Below are positions 8,088 through 19,052 of a stretch of 64,000 nt of DNA, piece by piece (positions within the stretch are counted from its first letter, which is position 1; every line of letters starts with the position of its first letter). The notes under the pieces were generated by a model, which was not told the origin of the DNA, did not search any database, and saw only the letters and a list, made by a program, of their open reading frames with translations. The translations under genes and the position numbers were made by a program. This stretch comes from a virus. Lineage: Duplodnaviria > Caudoviricetes. The DNA is taken from IMG/VR virus record IMGVR_UViG_3300030095_005813, positions 1 to 64,000 of that record. The stretch is one strand, 5' to 3'.

Positions 8088-8782
8088 TGGGCAGAAAAAA
8101 GACAACTAATTATTATTGGACTGATGATACAGAAAGAGGTATTATACGATACAATACTACAGATAGACCATCTGTAAAAAATAAAATATATAACGACCAT
8201 TTAGAATATCCATTCTTTAAATTAACCGAAAATATAATAAACACATTTAAATTTAGTTATTTCGATGATGTTTTTAAAGATGTTCAGAATGAATGTATTT
8301 CATTTTTAGTATTGAATATGCACAAGTATGACCATACAAAAGGTTCGAAAGCGTTTAGTTACTTTTCGGTTGTAATAAAAAATTATTTAATTCTAAATAA
8401 TAATGCAAATTATAAAAAATTAAAAACGCATGCTAGTATAGACAATGCTAGAGGAGTTCATCAAAAAATTGTTAATGAGGATGCTAGTATTTTTATTGAA
8501 GAGATTATAGTTTATTTTGAAAATAAAATACCTCATATGTTTAGTAAACATAAAGATAGAGTTATAGCATATGCTATTGTCGACTTAATGAAGATTAGAG
8601 AAAGTATAGAAGATTTTAATAAAAAAGCACTTTATATACTTTTGAGAGAAATGACGAATGTTGAAACAGCTAAAATAACAAAGGTTTTAAACTTGATGAG
8701 AAAACATATGAAAGTGTTACAAAATAACTTTTATACAGAAGGTACCTTAACAAAACTTTCTAATTTGGATAAATTTTCATAA
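8087..8782 (+). CDS. phage sigma-like factor (T4 gp55-like, putative late sigma)
   Basis: KYDHTKGSKAFSYFSVVIKN resembles sigma region 2.3/2.4 of gp55-type proteins; precedes structural genes. Confidence 0.65.
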   Translation: MGRKKTTNYYWTDDTERGIIRYNTTDRPSVKNKIYNDHLEYPFFKLTENIINTFKFSYFDDVFKDVQNECISFLVLNMHKYDHTKGSKAFSYFSVVIKNYLILNNNANYKKLKTHASIDNARGVHQKIVNEDASIFIEEIIVYFENKIPHMFSKHKDRVIAYAIVDLMKIRESIEDFNKKALYILLREMTNVETAKITKVLNLMRKHMKVLQNNFYTEGTLTKLSNLDKFS

Positions 8783-8813
8783 ATTACATATTTATTCATA
8801 TAGGAGATTTAAT

Positions 8814-9206
8814 ATGGATAAAAATAAAATATTTGATGGTAAGACTTTTGAAGATTTAACAAAAGACATTTACGAAAACCAACAAAGCAAAAAACTACAA
8901 CTTGATTTATTAATTCAAGAAATACACGGTATGATTCAAACGATGGATGATGCTGTTCTTATAACTCCCCTTATAAAAGAACTATTCGAAGTAGCTATTA
9001 AGAATGATGAACATTTGGTTAAATTAGCAAGTGTATGGCAAAGAATACTAGGAAAATCTAATAATGATGAAGATGGTATGTTATTATCTGAATCAGAAAA
9101 AGAAGATTTAATTGCTGCATTACAAGATGATGTAGATGACATACAACAACGAGCAGAAAAAATAAAACACGAAAAAGAATCTAATACTAAAGGCTTTGAA
9201 GCTTAA
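8814..9206 (+). CDS. hypothetical helical protein
   Basis: ATATTTAT at 8788, AGGAG SD, coupled to next gene. Confidence 0.75.
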   Translation: MDKNKIFDGKTFEDLTKDIYENQQSKKLQLDLLIQEIHGMIQTMDDAVLITPLIKELFEVAIKNDEHLVKLASVWQRILGKSNNDEDGMLLSESEKEDLIAALQDDVDDIQQRAEKIKHEKESNTKGFEA

Positions 9207-10507
9207 TGTCTTTTATTAAATCGGGAAACAATATATCAGGTAAAGAATACATTCTTGATGCACCAGCTCAACAAGAAACATTTTTACAATTTATTCCTGC
9301 TACGGTAAAACAAGTTGTCAATTCAGGTGAATCTGTTGCTAGTCCTTCCAATAATGACAATGAATCTAATTGTATAGTTGTAGAAAAGAATATTTACACC
9401 GAAGAAGTAACATTAAATGGGTTAGATGTTAGGAAGTACAGACCATTATTTAGAGGACTAATTGATAGTATTACTAAAGGTGATTTAGTATTAATAACAA
9501 TAGTTGGTGATGTTGGATACTATATGGGACCTCTAAATGTAACTAATACTCCATCCGACACTACTGCACAAATTAGTGGATTGAGTACTACTAAATCAGT
9601 TTCTAAAACATATCCAACTGCCGCTAATTTCAATCGTTTAACAAAAAGATTCAAGCCAGATTTAGACGACCCATTAGAAAAGGCTACAAGAATTACTGAC
9701 CCTACATCTGGTAAAACAATTTTACCAGATATACATACTGATTTAATCATAGAAGGTAGGCATGGTAATAGTATTAGGGTAGGGAGTAGGAACAAATTCC
9801 CATCTGTAGTGATAGATAATGGTAGAGCAACAAATCAAAGTTTTGAAAGTATAAATGATAGTTCTATTTTTGCAATGTTTGACAGAGGGAGTATTTTAAA
9901 TCATTTCGACCCAGCAGATGAAAATCTGGATGGTCAGATATATTCATTTAAATTTAGTGACGAGTCTATAGAAAATCCTACAAGTTATATAAAGAAAACA
10001 TTTACTGCACCCTTAGGGAGAGGGTTACCAATCGACGGAGAAAGTGATTCTGATATTGAAGAAACTATATACAATTATTCACAACCGTTTTCTATATTAA
10101 ATTCAGAAAGAATTATAATAAATGCTAGAAAAGAAAATATGTTCTTGAGTGCAAGAAAGCATATACATATAGGTTCTGGTGACTCTCTAACTTTTTCAAC
10201 AAGTAAAAATACTATATTTAATTCAACAGGTAGGTTTGATATAAATGCTCCAGAAGTTAGATTAGGCTCTCAAGTAGACGAAGAAACACAACCGATTGTA
10301 CTTGGTGATACTTTAGTGCAAAAGATAGTTGACTTGTGTGACCAACTTGACCAGTTGATTAAGAACATTACTGCTATAACGGTCCCCACTACACAAGGGC
10401 CATCAGGTACACCTATTAATGCAGCTGCATTTAGTTCTCAAACATCTGGTATTAGAAAAGTAGCTGAATCTATAGATGAAATATTAAGTGTGAATAGGAC
10501 TATATAA
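9206..10507 (+). CDS. baseplate hub/central spike protein (gp5/VgrG-like, no lysozyme domain recognised)
   Basis: EGRHGNSIRVGS, beta-repeat region, PIVLGDTL and GPSGTPIN tail; upstream of gp25-like gene. Confidence 0.6.
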   Translation: MSFIKSGNNISGKEYILDAPAQQETFLQFIPATVKQVVNSGESVASPSNNDNESNCIVVEKNIYTEEVTLNGLDVRKYRPLFRGLIDSITKGDLVLITIVGDVGYYMGPLNVTNTPSDTTAQISGLSTTKSVSKTYPTAANFNRLTKRFKPDLDDPLEKATRITDPTSGKTILPDIHTDLIIEGRHGNSIRVGSRNKFPSVVIDNGRATNQSFESINDSSIFAMFDRGSILNHFDPADENLDGQIYSFKFSDESIENPTSYIKKTFTAPLGRGLPIDGESDSDIEETIYNYSQPFSILNSERIIINARKENMFLSARKHIHIGSGDSLTFSTSKNTIFNSTGRFDINAPEVRLGSQVDEETQPIVLGDTLVQKIVDLCDQLDQLIKNITAITVPTTQGPSGTPINAAAFSSQTSGIRKVAESIDEILSVNRTI

Positions 10508-10995
10508 TGGCTTTAAATCCCAAAGTATTAGAAGATGAATTATTTAGACAATCAGAAGCAGCAGCTAATGGGCAGACAATAACATATGGTGACTTCGTTT
10601 CAGCCATGGAAAAATATGCTTTAGGTATAAAAAACCCACCACCAGCTGGTGTAGTACCAGCAGCTGCTATTTTAAAAAACTTATTAGATACTATCCCTAC
10701 GACGCCACCATTACCTATTGCAACACCAATTATTAAATTAGCAGTATCATTGTTTGCTTTAAGTATAGGATTTGCAGTACCTGTAGGGAAGGGTATTATC
10801 TTCCCCACTATACCACCATCTGGAGCACCAGCTATAGATGCTATTTTAGCTCAACCAAATTCAAGAGAACAAGTTGCTTCACAGCTAGCTAATGCTATTC
10901 ACACCTTTATGATAACAGGTATATATGATGCTAATGGTAAAGCACCGAATGCTGATTTACCTTCCGGTTTACCTGGATATGTTCCTTGGGGTTAA
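10507..10995 (+). CDS. Pro-rich virion protein, possibly spike associated
   Basis: Coupled to spike gene; function inferred from position only. Confidence 0.55.
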   Translation: MALNPKVLEDELFRQSEAAANGQTITYGDFVSAMEKYALGIKNPPPAGVVPAAAILKNLLDTIPTTPPLPIATPIIKLAVSLFALSIGFAVPVGKGIIFPTIPPSGAPAIDAILAQPNSREQVASQLANAIHTFMITGIYDANGKAPNADLPSGLPGYVPWG

Positions 10996-11020
10996 AAAGT
11001 AACTAAAAATTTTAAAAATT

Positions 11021-11040
11021 CATATTTATATATGAATAGG
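11021..11040 (+). promoter_or_regulatory. putative late promoter CATATTTATATATGAATAGG
   Basis: Identical 20-mer at 11021, 23411 and 53699, always intergenic before an SD. Confidence 0.75.
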
Positions 11041-11060
11041 TTTATACACAGGAGTCAATA

Positions 11061-11501
11061 ATGAAAAAATCAGATTTGAAATTAATTATAAGAAAAATAG
11101 TTAGGGAAGAGGTTGCTATGGCAATTCAAGAAGTTATAACTGAATTAAAACAACCTGTAACTACAAAACAAGTTTCTCAACCAAAATCAAAAAAGAAAAT
11201 TGTTGAGAAAAAAGAATTTACAAATAATTCTGTTTTGAATGATGTATTGAATGAGACTGCAATGGATGATGAATGGAAATCGTTAGGTGGTGGCACATAT
11301 GATTCGTCAAGAATGAACGAGGTATTATCATCTCAGTATGGTGATATAAATTCAGCTGAACCAAGTCCAGAGGCAATGGTAGCATCGATGGGAGTTAACC
11401 CTGAGACTGCACCTGACCCAGTTAAGAATATGTTTACAAAAGATTATAGAAGTATTTTAAAAAAAGTAGATGAGAAAGCAAAATCAACAAGAATGCCTTA
11501 G
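11061..11501 (+). CDS. hypothetical protein
   Basis: AGGAG SD; N-terminal LKLIIRKIVREEV helix. Confidence 0.75.
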   Translation: MKKSDLKLIIRKIVREEVAMAIQEVITELKQPVTTKQVSQPKSKKKIVEKKEFTNNSVLNDVLNETAMDDEWKSLGGGTYDSSRMNEVLSSQYGDINSAEPSPEAMVASMGVNPETAPDPVKNMFTKDYRSILKKVDEKAKSTRMP

Positions 11502-11511
11502 GAGAAAATAG

Positions 11512-11934
11512 ATGGCTTTTATTCAAGATAAATTAACAACAAATGTTGATACGATTGAAGAATTTATAGGATTTAAATTACCTGTAACATTTGAATCTGT
11601 TAACTTATCTGTTTCTACATTAGAGTCAACACAAACTAATTTAACAAATCTATTATCGACACAAAAAGGTGAAAGGATGTTTCAACCAAATCTTGGGATA
11701 GATTTACGAAGACATTTGTTTAATCCGATTTCTCCAGAGACATCGGTTGCTCTTCAAGAAGATGTTATCGAACAGGTAGCTATTTGGTTACCATTTTTAG
11801 AAATTCAAGATGTTATAATTACTCCTGATGAGGGGAATAATACAATTAATATTAAAATAAATTATAGTTTTAAATCTAACTCTGAATTGACTGAATCAGT
11901 GCAAGTTAATTTAAACACGGGAGCTACATACTAA
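11512..11934 (+). CDS. baseplate wedge subunit, gp25/GPW-like
   Basis: NLLSTQKGERMFQPNLGIDLRRHLF...WLP signature. Confidence 0.9.
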   Translation: MAFIQDKLTTNVDTIEEFIGFKLPVTFESVNLSVSTLESTQTNLTNLLSTQKGERMFQPNLGIDLRRHLFNPISPETSVALQEDVIEQVAIWLPFLEIQDVIITPDEGNNTINIKINYSFKSNSELTESVQVNLNTGATY

Positions 11935-14147
11935 TGGCATCATATTCTAATTTTGACACTAAAAACGAATACGGGGATTCCGTAACTAACTATACTGCTA
12001 GAGATTTTGCTTCTATTAAACAAAATTTATTAGGACATATACAAACATATTTCCCACAAGCATATAAAGATTTCAATGAAACATCACCTGGTATGATGTT
12101 AGTAGAATTATCTGCTTATGTAGGTGATGTATTAAATTATTATGTTGATGATTCATTCAAAGAACTTTTATTACCATTATCAGAAGATAGAAGAAACTTA
12201 GTAAATCTTGCAAAAGTTACAGGATTCAAACCAAGAACATCTATACCTAGTTATGTAGATTTAACTTTTACTTTAACGGTCGACTCGGATACAAGCGACT
12301 TGACCAATATAGTACCTGATTCGAGTCAGAAGTTAACACTTGAAAGTGGTGCTGTCATTTCATCTACATCTAATCCAGATGTATTATTTGAAACTTTAGA
12401 ACCAATAGATTTTTCTGCAGATACGAAACAAGAGGAAAATTTTGTAGTAGAGGATATAGATGCAACTACAGGATTAGTATCAACATTTAAAGCAACAAGA
12501 GTGATTAGAGCAATATCAGGAGAAACTAAAACAGCAACCTTTACAATTGGAGCTCCAGAACAACACAAGAAAATAAATTTAGTAGATTTAAATGTTATAG
12601 AAATTTTAAGTTGTGTAGATTCGAATGGTAATAAGTGGTATGAAGTTGATTATCTAGCTCAAGAAAATGTAGCAAATGTAACACACTATACAGATGATGT
12701 GAATAGAACTGATAGTATCGAATCTACTACAGATGGTTCCACAATTGTACCTTCGAGTTTATCTTTTATAAAAACGACTAAAAGATTTATCACAGAAGTT
12801 AATGAAGATAATACTACATCTTTAGTATTTGGTAATGGGATAATTAAAAATGGTAAAAAGTTTGAAACTACATTTATAGAATTAGAACAAGAAGGGGTAA
12901 CATTACCAACTACAAATTTTTCACCTAAACCACTTGACGCATCAATAGGTACATATTATGAATCATTGGGAGAAGCACCGCAGAGTGTGACTCTAACTAT
13001 AACATATAGAGTTGGGGGTGGTGTAGCTTCTAATGTCTCTGCAGCAGATTTAACAACAATAGATACTGCTACAACTATTCCGAACGGAGTATCAATAGCA
13101 AATTTAGCTGTTACAAATGATAGTCCAGCTGTTGGTGGTAGAGAAGGAGATTTTACAGAAGAGATAAGACAGGGTGCTTTAGGAAATTATGCTTCACAAA
13201 ATAGATGTGTTACTAAAGAAGACTTCGAAGCAAGAACTATTAGTATGCCTTCTAAATTTGGAAGTATTGGTAAAGTATATTGTACAACTGGTGGTAGTAT
13301 TGATAATAATGAGTACAAACAAGATTTAAGTTCTTTAAAAATTACTATTAACACACTTATGAATGAAATTCTTGAGACAACTGGAGGTTCAGACTTCGCA
13401 GAAAAAACACAAGAACAATTACAAAATGTAAACTTAAATAGTCCTACACTACTAAACTTAATATCAGGAACAGGTAACTCTATATCAACAGATGACAGAG
13501 ATAGAATTAGCACACTATTCGATAATGTACTCCAATATTCAGATAGTGTTGATTACAATCCGACTATTGACTTATACATTTTATCTTACGATGTTAATAA
13601 AAAATTAATAGCTGCACCTGATTTGATAGCACAGAATTTAAAAAACTATTTAAATCAATTCAGAATGTTATCAGATAAAATTAGAATATTACCGGGATAC
13701 ATTATAAATTTTGGAGTTGTGTTTGATGTGATGACATTCCCAGGTTATAATCCTTCAGTAATAAAATCACGATGTATTGATGCAATTAAACAATTCTATT
13801 CTATAGAGAAAATGAAATTCAAACAAATCTTATATGTAGCAGATGTTGTTAATCTTTTAAATTCATTAGAAGGTATAAAAGCTGTAAATGATGTTGTTTT
13901 TACACAAGATACAAATTTTACTGATGACATAGTAGCATTTAGTCCACCATTGTATAGTAAATCGATTAATGAATCCGGTGATGTTATAACAATAAACGAT
14001 AATAAACACGGTCATCTTTACGACTTTGGGAAATTTTTTACAATAAAGGATTCACCAGCTGGTAGAGGTGTAGTATTGCCTTCATATGACCCAAGCGTAT
14101 TTGAGATAAAAAATCCAGATACAGATATAAAAGGAGTAGTAAGATAA
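11934..14147 (+). CDS. baseplate wedge subunit, T4 gp6/GpJ-like
   Basis: DFASIK...DFNETSPG...AYVGDVLNYY; FGNG; YRVGGG; QNRCVTKEDF. Confidence 0.9.
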   Translation: MASYSNFDTKNEYGDSVTNYTARDFASIKQNLLGHIQTYFPQAYKDFNETSPGMMLVELSAYVGDVLNYYVDDSFKELLLPLSEDRRNLVNLAKVTGFKPRTSIPSYVDLTFTLTVDSDTSDLTNIVPDSSQKLTLESGAVISSTSNPDVLFETLEPIDFSADTKQEENFVVEDIDATTGLVSTFKATRVIRAISGETKTATFTIGAPEQHKKINLVDLNVIEILSCVDSNGNKWYEVDYLAQENVANVTHYTDDVNRTDSIESTTDGSTIVPSSLSFIKTTKRFITEVNEDNTTSLVFGNGIIKNGKKFETTFIELEQEGVTLPTTNFSPKPLDASIGTYYESLGEAPQSVTLTITYRVGGGVASNVSAADLTTIDTATTIPNGVSIANLAVTNDSPAVGGREGDFTEEIRQGALGNYASQNRCVTKEDFEARTISMPSKFGSIGKVYCTTGGSIDNNEYKQDLSSLKITINTLMNEILETTGGSDFAEKTQEQLQNVNLNSPTLLNLISGTGNSISTDDRDRISTLFDNVLQYSDSVDYNPTIDLYILSYDVNKKLIAAPDLIAQNLKNYLNQFRMLSDKIRILPGYIINFGVVFDVMTFPGYNPSVIKSRCIDAIKQFYSIEKMKFKQILYVADVVNLLNSLEGIKAVNDVVFTQDTNFTDDIVAFSPPLYSKSINESGDVITINDNKHGHLYDFGKFFTIKDSPAGRGVVLPSYDPSVFEIKNPDTDIKGVVR

Positions 14148-15250
14148 TGCATTATTTTGTTTTCTCATCACAAGATTCGTGGATTTCAAGTGGTTCAAAC
14201 CCTATAAATGGAGAATCATTTAGAGATAAAAACTTTGGTAAAGACCAAATATTAGAATTAAAAAAAAATTATTATAATCTTTCCTTTGATTACCCTACTC
14301 GTGCATTAGTACAATTCAGTGGTACTGGATTCAATACTCTTTCATCATCAATATCAGATGGTACTATTCCTGATGACGCTAAATTTTATTTTAGAATGTT
14401 TGAGGCACAAGGTAATAGTGATTTATCTTCTACATATAAAGTAGCAATACAACCAATATCACAATCTTGGACAGAAGGTGTAGGGAAATTAGAAGACAAT
14501 CCAAAAACTACAAATGGTTGTAGTTGGGCAAATCGTAGTAAACCTGTCGGTGGTTCTGCAGTTAGTTGGGCAAATGTAGGTGGTAGTGTTTACCCAGTAA
14601 GTCATTCAGTACAATCTTTTTCAAATCAAACTCCTGATGTTGAAGTAGAAGTAACCAATATGGTAAATATGTGGTTAAAAAGTCAAGAAGAAAATTATGG
14701 TATGTTAATTAGGTTTAGTGGTAGTCAAGAAACAGATTCTGTAACATCTGGAAAATTAAATTTTTTCTCAAGAGATACAGGTACTATATATGCCCCACGA
14801 TTAGAAGCTAGATGGGATGGTCACACACCCTGTACTGGTTCAAATACAGGTTCATTGACTGCATTAGATGTTTCAGGAAATACTGCTAATTTTATATACA
14901 CAATAGGTTTAAAGGATAAATACAGAGACACAGAAGTTCCTAAATTTAGAATAGGTGCAAGAAAACAATACATTCAAAAAACATTTACAAATTCATATCA
15001 AACCACATCAGGTTCATTTATACCAGAAGGAAGTGGTTCTTATGCAATACAAGATGTGGCAACCGGGCAGATGATTGTAGACTTTTCTTCGAATACACTT
15101 TTATCTTGTGATACGAAAAGTAATTATTTTACCGAATATATGAATGGGTTTTATCCCGACAGGACATACAAAATTTTAATAAAAGTCACATATGATGATA
15201 ATCAGGAACATATATTTGACAATGATTTTGAATTTAAAATAGTGAGGTAG
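14147..15250 (+). CDS. virion structural protein (DNRLRE-like beta domain)
   Basis: RALVQF...SWTEG...VTNMVNMW...NYGMLIR...FFSRD...PRLE pattern; baseplate operon. Confidence 0.6.
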   Translation: MHYFVFSSQDSWISSGSNPINGESFRDKNFGKDQILELKKNYYNLSFDYPTRALVQFSGTGFNTLSSSISDGTIPDDAKFYFRMFEAQGNSDLSSTYKVAIQPISQSWTEGVGKLEDNPKTTNGCSWANRSKPVGGSAVSWANVGGSVYPVSHSVQSFSNQTPDVEVEVTNMVNMWLKSQEENYGMLIRFSGSQETDSVTSGKLNFFSRDTGTIYAPRLEARWDGHTPCTGSNTGSLTALDVSGNTANFIYTIGLKDKYRDTEVPKFRIGARKQYIQKTFTNSYQTTSGSFIPEGSGSYAIQDVATGQMIVDFSSNTLLSCDTKSNYFTEYMNGFYPDRTYKILIKVTYDDNQEHIFDNDFEFKIVR

Positions 15251-15254
15251 ATAA

Positions 15255-18200
15255 GTGCCTGAACAATTTAAAAATATAGAAAATTTTAGAACCTATCAAA
15301 AGCAAATTTATGATTACATAAATCAAGAAATAATCCAGATACCTTTATTTTTTGACAATCAACCTTACTTAAACGATACTACGATACCAGCAAATGTTAT
15401 GCGAAAAGGTGGAGTTGCGCAACAAACTATCCGAGATGGGAGTTTACAATACAATAGAAAAATTAATGAATCTATAATTAGTTTTAAAGATGTATATAGT
15501 GAAAATAAAGATGATTTGAACATCATACAACTTATTGCAAATAAATTAAATGGAGAACCTCCATCACCACAAAATTTAATAATTGATGCTTACATTTGGG
15601 ACGGTGGATTATCTATAGATAGTTTTAAAGGCCCGATAGTAAATGACCCTGAATTTTATACACCACCTACAACAGGATATATGTATATCCCCTTTATTGG
15701 GTTTGTGGGTAGAGATGAAAAATTCTTATTAAGGAATGATTCAAATTATCCTATTAATCATTTTACAACAACTTTACAAAACATACCTGGCATAGGTGAA
15801 GTACAATTTGAAACTTTTAAAAATTATTTAAAACAATTAAGATTTAATTTTGATTTACCTGCATATAATTTATCAGATAATACAGGTGTATTTTTACCCG
15901 TCGGTGTTAAAAAAAGAACCATATCAAAAAAACTTTTAAGACAAAATTCAGAAACTGAATTTACAGAAATTGTACCTGATGGTTTACAGACAAAAATAGA
16001 TAATTTTTTTAGAGCTTGGAGTAAATCCAGAAATTTTATTCCAGAGGGGCAAGAATACATCATAGGCAATACAATGTTAAACAATGGAGACTTCGGTGGT
16101 GCTATTGGACCCGGTAGTTCTTATTTTATTGGATATCAAAATGCACAAGCTAATTGGAAGAAATTAACTACATCGAATTATATGACTTTAACAAATGCTT
16201 TTTTCAACGAAGCTCGAGATGTTGGTCAGGGTTTATATCCAGATTGGGATGGTAGTAGTGGACAATACGAAGATTTAAATAGACAATCTCAGAGAATAGA
16301 AGAGAAAGAAAATCCAGGGTTTTCACCGTTTGTGTTTTCGAGTACTCGAAGTACTCCTGCATGGTACGATATACAAATTTTATCTGATGAGTTATCACCT
16401 GGTGTATCGTATACATTTTCATTGTGGCATGCAGAAGATGAAGATTTCAACCCGAATAATTATTTAGAACAACAATTAGGTAATACATTTTTTTATGCAG
16501 TAACCATTATTGATAGAGCAACAAATGGTACAGCCGAAGAAGTAAGCGCAGTAAATTGGGCAGAACACACTTATTCAGGTGGTGGTGAATCAGATTTTAT
16601 AGATTTTTCGAATCCAGAAGAATATGTAAGTAGGATACAAGGTGAATCCATAGAAAATTTCCAGTCACCTGATTTATTATGGGTAAGGTATAAAAAAACT
16701 ATAACACTACCTGAAGGAGATGACGGTACACTTCTAGCTACTGATGGTACAACATACAATACGACTGATTATAAATATAAAATATATTGGTTGTTAGGAT
16801 TTCAAAACTCTCTTACAGATGTAGTTGCAAATAGTTTTGATTCAAGACAAGGGCTACGATTGTTTCCAGGACCTGATATAAGAGCAAACTCAAATAAAGC
16901 CAGACAATATTTTTGTGGGTTAAGATTTAACAGAGGTGACAGAATAACTGGTACTAATAGTATTCAACTAACCACACCGCAAAGTAAAACTATAGCAAGA
17001 ATTTTAAACGATTGTGTTGATATTCTTGAACCATATGATTTTGATTTACCAATTTATTCAAAATCTAAATTAGACCAAATAATTTTATCTCAGCAGGCAT
17101 CTTCAACTATAATTCAATTGTTAACAGAAATAAAAGAAGGGTTAATAAGTTCTGTAACTTCTTTAACTGCAGGCATTAGTGACACATATGAAACACTTGC
17201 AACTAATATTGCGAATATTACCGACGATACAGATACAGATACAATAACAGAATTAGGAAACATAATAGAAGATTTTAGAGATATGTTTGATGCAACTCAG
17301 ATTGCACAACGAGTTGACCAATTAAATACAAACTTAACAGATAAATTTAATCTTTTAACTGCAAACACTATTGCTCAACCATTGCAAAAAATATCAATAT
17401 TTCCAACAATACAAAAGCTACCGGGTGATTTTGGGCAACGGGCAGGATTTATTTTTAATAGAGTTGGGTTTGTTTATGCAAACAATCAAACTCTGGATGG
17501 TGCAAACTTAGAAGAAACTTTTACTGAACAACTTAATGAGTTTGCCCCAGTATGGTCAAATTATGGAACAAAATTTCAATTTCCTGGCGTTGATACTGGT
17601 ATATTAATAGGTGGTAGTAATGTAGCGGCTGGTTATACCGTTGATTATTTGAACGACGCTGTACCTGTACTTGGATATAGTTCTACGACCACGATACAGA
17701 CACCACCCTCTTTTCTTACACAAAACGATGAACAAACGAATACTCCAATTGGTGCAATGTATGCAAGTGAAGTGTATACATCCGATGATGGTTTAGGGCA
17801 AACAATTAGAGAGGGTAATCCAAACGATGATAATGGTTATCCTTCTGTAAGTTATGGTCCGTATGCTCAACAAGGTGGACCTGATTATGGATTTGGTACA
17901 ACCGGAGGCGGGGTAGAAAGATGTAAAGCTGTACAGGAAGCATATTACGCAACATATCAATTTAATGAACCTGATTTAGTCTCCGCAGATACTACTGAAA
18001 CATTTTTAGGTATGAACGGAACTAATGGATATATTAATAGTAACTTTGAACCACTAAGAACATATCTTTACAAATGTACTTCTGGTCTGGATTTTGTAGC
18101 ATGGGTTTATTCACATTTTATTGCATCAGGTACATCTTTTTGGAATATTGCAGGAGGTACATATCCAGGTTACCCTTTCCCAGCTGGTGATAATCCTAAA

Positions 18201-18467
18201 GGTGCAAGAGGAATGGGATTTTATAATATGTATCAATATGATGGAACCGACCCAAATCAATATAGAAAATATGATGGTGTAAGAACATTTTTATTATATG
18301 AACCACATTGGGAATGGAACGGAAGAGAAAACAGATGGGTTTTTAGATTTGCACAGCCTGTTATAGGAACAAATTCAACAGCTAATTATCCAGATGCATC
18401 ATTAACAACCGCTTCAGGTGAGACGAAATATAAATTTAAAAACATGCATTTTAGAAAGGCAGTATGA
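15255..18467 (+). CDS. large hypothetical virion protein
   Basis: 1070-aa ORF with GAGG SD and GTG start inside baseplate cluster. Confidence 0.7.
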   Translation: MPEQFKNIENFRTYQKQIYDYINQEIIQIPLFFDNQPYLNDTTIPANVMRKGGVAQQTIRDGSLQYNRKINESIISFKDVYSENKDDLNIIQLIANKLNGEPPSPQNLIIDAYIWDGGLSIDSFKGPIVNDPEFYTPPTTGYMYIPFIGFVGRDEKFLLRNDSNYPINHFTTTLQNIPGIGEVQFETFKNYLKQLRFNFDLPAYNLSDNTGVFLPVGVKKRTISKKLLRQNSETEFTEIVPDGLQTKIDNFFRAWSKSRNFIPEGQEYIIGNTMLNNGDFGGAIGPGSSYFIGYQNAQANWKKLTTSNYMTLTNAFFNEARDVGQGLYPDWDGSSGQYEDLNRQSQRIEEKENPGFSPFVFSSTRSTPAWYDIQILSDELSPGVSYTFSLWHAEDEDFNPNNYLEQQLGNTFFYAVTIIDRATNGTAEEVSAVNWAEHTYSGGGESDFIDFSNPEEYVSRIQGESIENFQSPDLLWVRYKKTITLPEGDDGTLLATDGTTYNTTDYKYKIYWLLGFQNSLTDVVANSFDSRQGLRLFPGPDIRANSNKARQYFCGLRFNRGDRITGTNSIQLTTPQSKTIARILNDCVDILEPYDFDLPIYSKSKLDQIILSQQASSTIIQLLTEIKEGLISSVTSLTAGISDTYETLATNIANITDDTDTDTITELGNIIEDFRDMFDATQIAQRVDQLNTNLTDKFNLLTANTIAQPLQKISIFPTIQKLPGDFGQRAGFIFNRVGFVYANNQTLDGANLEETFTEQLNEFAPVWSNYGTKFQFPGVDTGILIGGSNVAAGYTVDYLNDAVPVLGYSSTTTIQTPPSFLTQNDEQTNTPIGAMYASEVYTSDDGLGQTIREGNPNDDNGYPSVSYGPYAQQGGPDYGFGTTGGGVERCKAVQEAYYATYQFNEPDLVSADTTETFLGMNGTNGYINSNFEPLRTYLYKCTSGLDFVAWVYSHFIASGTSFWNIAGGTYPGYPFPAGDNPKGARGMGFYNMYQYDGTDPNQYRKYDGVRTFLLYEPHWEWNGRENRWVFRFAQPVIGTNSTANYPDASLTTASGETKYKFKNMHFRKAV

Positions 18468-18470
18468 TAG

Positions 18471-19052
18471 ATGAGTAATTTAATAAACTTATATAATGAT
18501 AGTGAAAGTGCAATAATAATAGACGAGGGGTCTACTACTTTAACACAAGTTGAAAAATTTCCAACTTTAGGTCAATCTCCGTTTAATTTTGACGCGTTAT
18601 TATCAGGAGACGCTAGTAGAAATCTTCAAGCAGAAAGAAATTTATATTTTATAGAATTAAATGTTTTTGATGGAGATGGTGCTTTAATTGTAACTCTTAA
18701 CTCTGCAAAACCTTTATTTAAATTACCTTCTACTGGAAAATATTATTTTGGAGATTATCATTACCATGATTCAGGGTATATGGTTGGTAAAAAACACACG
18801 ACACAACCACACGAAGGTTTAATAATCGAAAAACAAAATCAACTTATTCCATACCCTATAGAAAATAAAATATATGCAGATGATTATCAATCAACAAATA
18901 AAACCTTTATGATAAAAACAAGTGAAATTTTTGAAATATTAGAAAACTTACCTAATTTTTCATTAACAAAAAATGGTAAATATTCTATATCTTATGGTGT
19001 ATTTCAAGATGTATTTTTATTAATTAGAAACACATATGGGAGTACTTCGTAA
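18471..19052 (+). CDS. hypothetical protein with His-rich motif
   Basis: YFGDYHYHDSGYMVGKKHTTQPH; coupled to next gene. Confidence 0.7.
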   Translation: MSNLINLYNDSESAIIIDEGSTTLTQVEKFPTLGQSPFNFDALLSGDASRNLQAERNLYFIELNVFDGDGALIVTLNSAKPLFKLPSTGKYYFGDYHYHDSGYMVGKKHTTQPHEGLIIEKQNQLIPYPIENKIYADDYQSTNKTFMIKTSEIFEILENLPNFSLTKNGKYSISYGVFQDVFLLIRNTYGSTS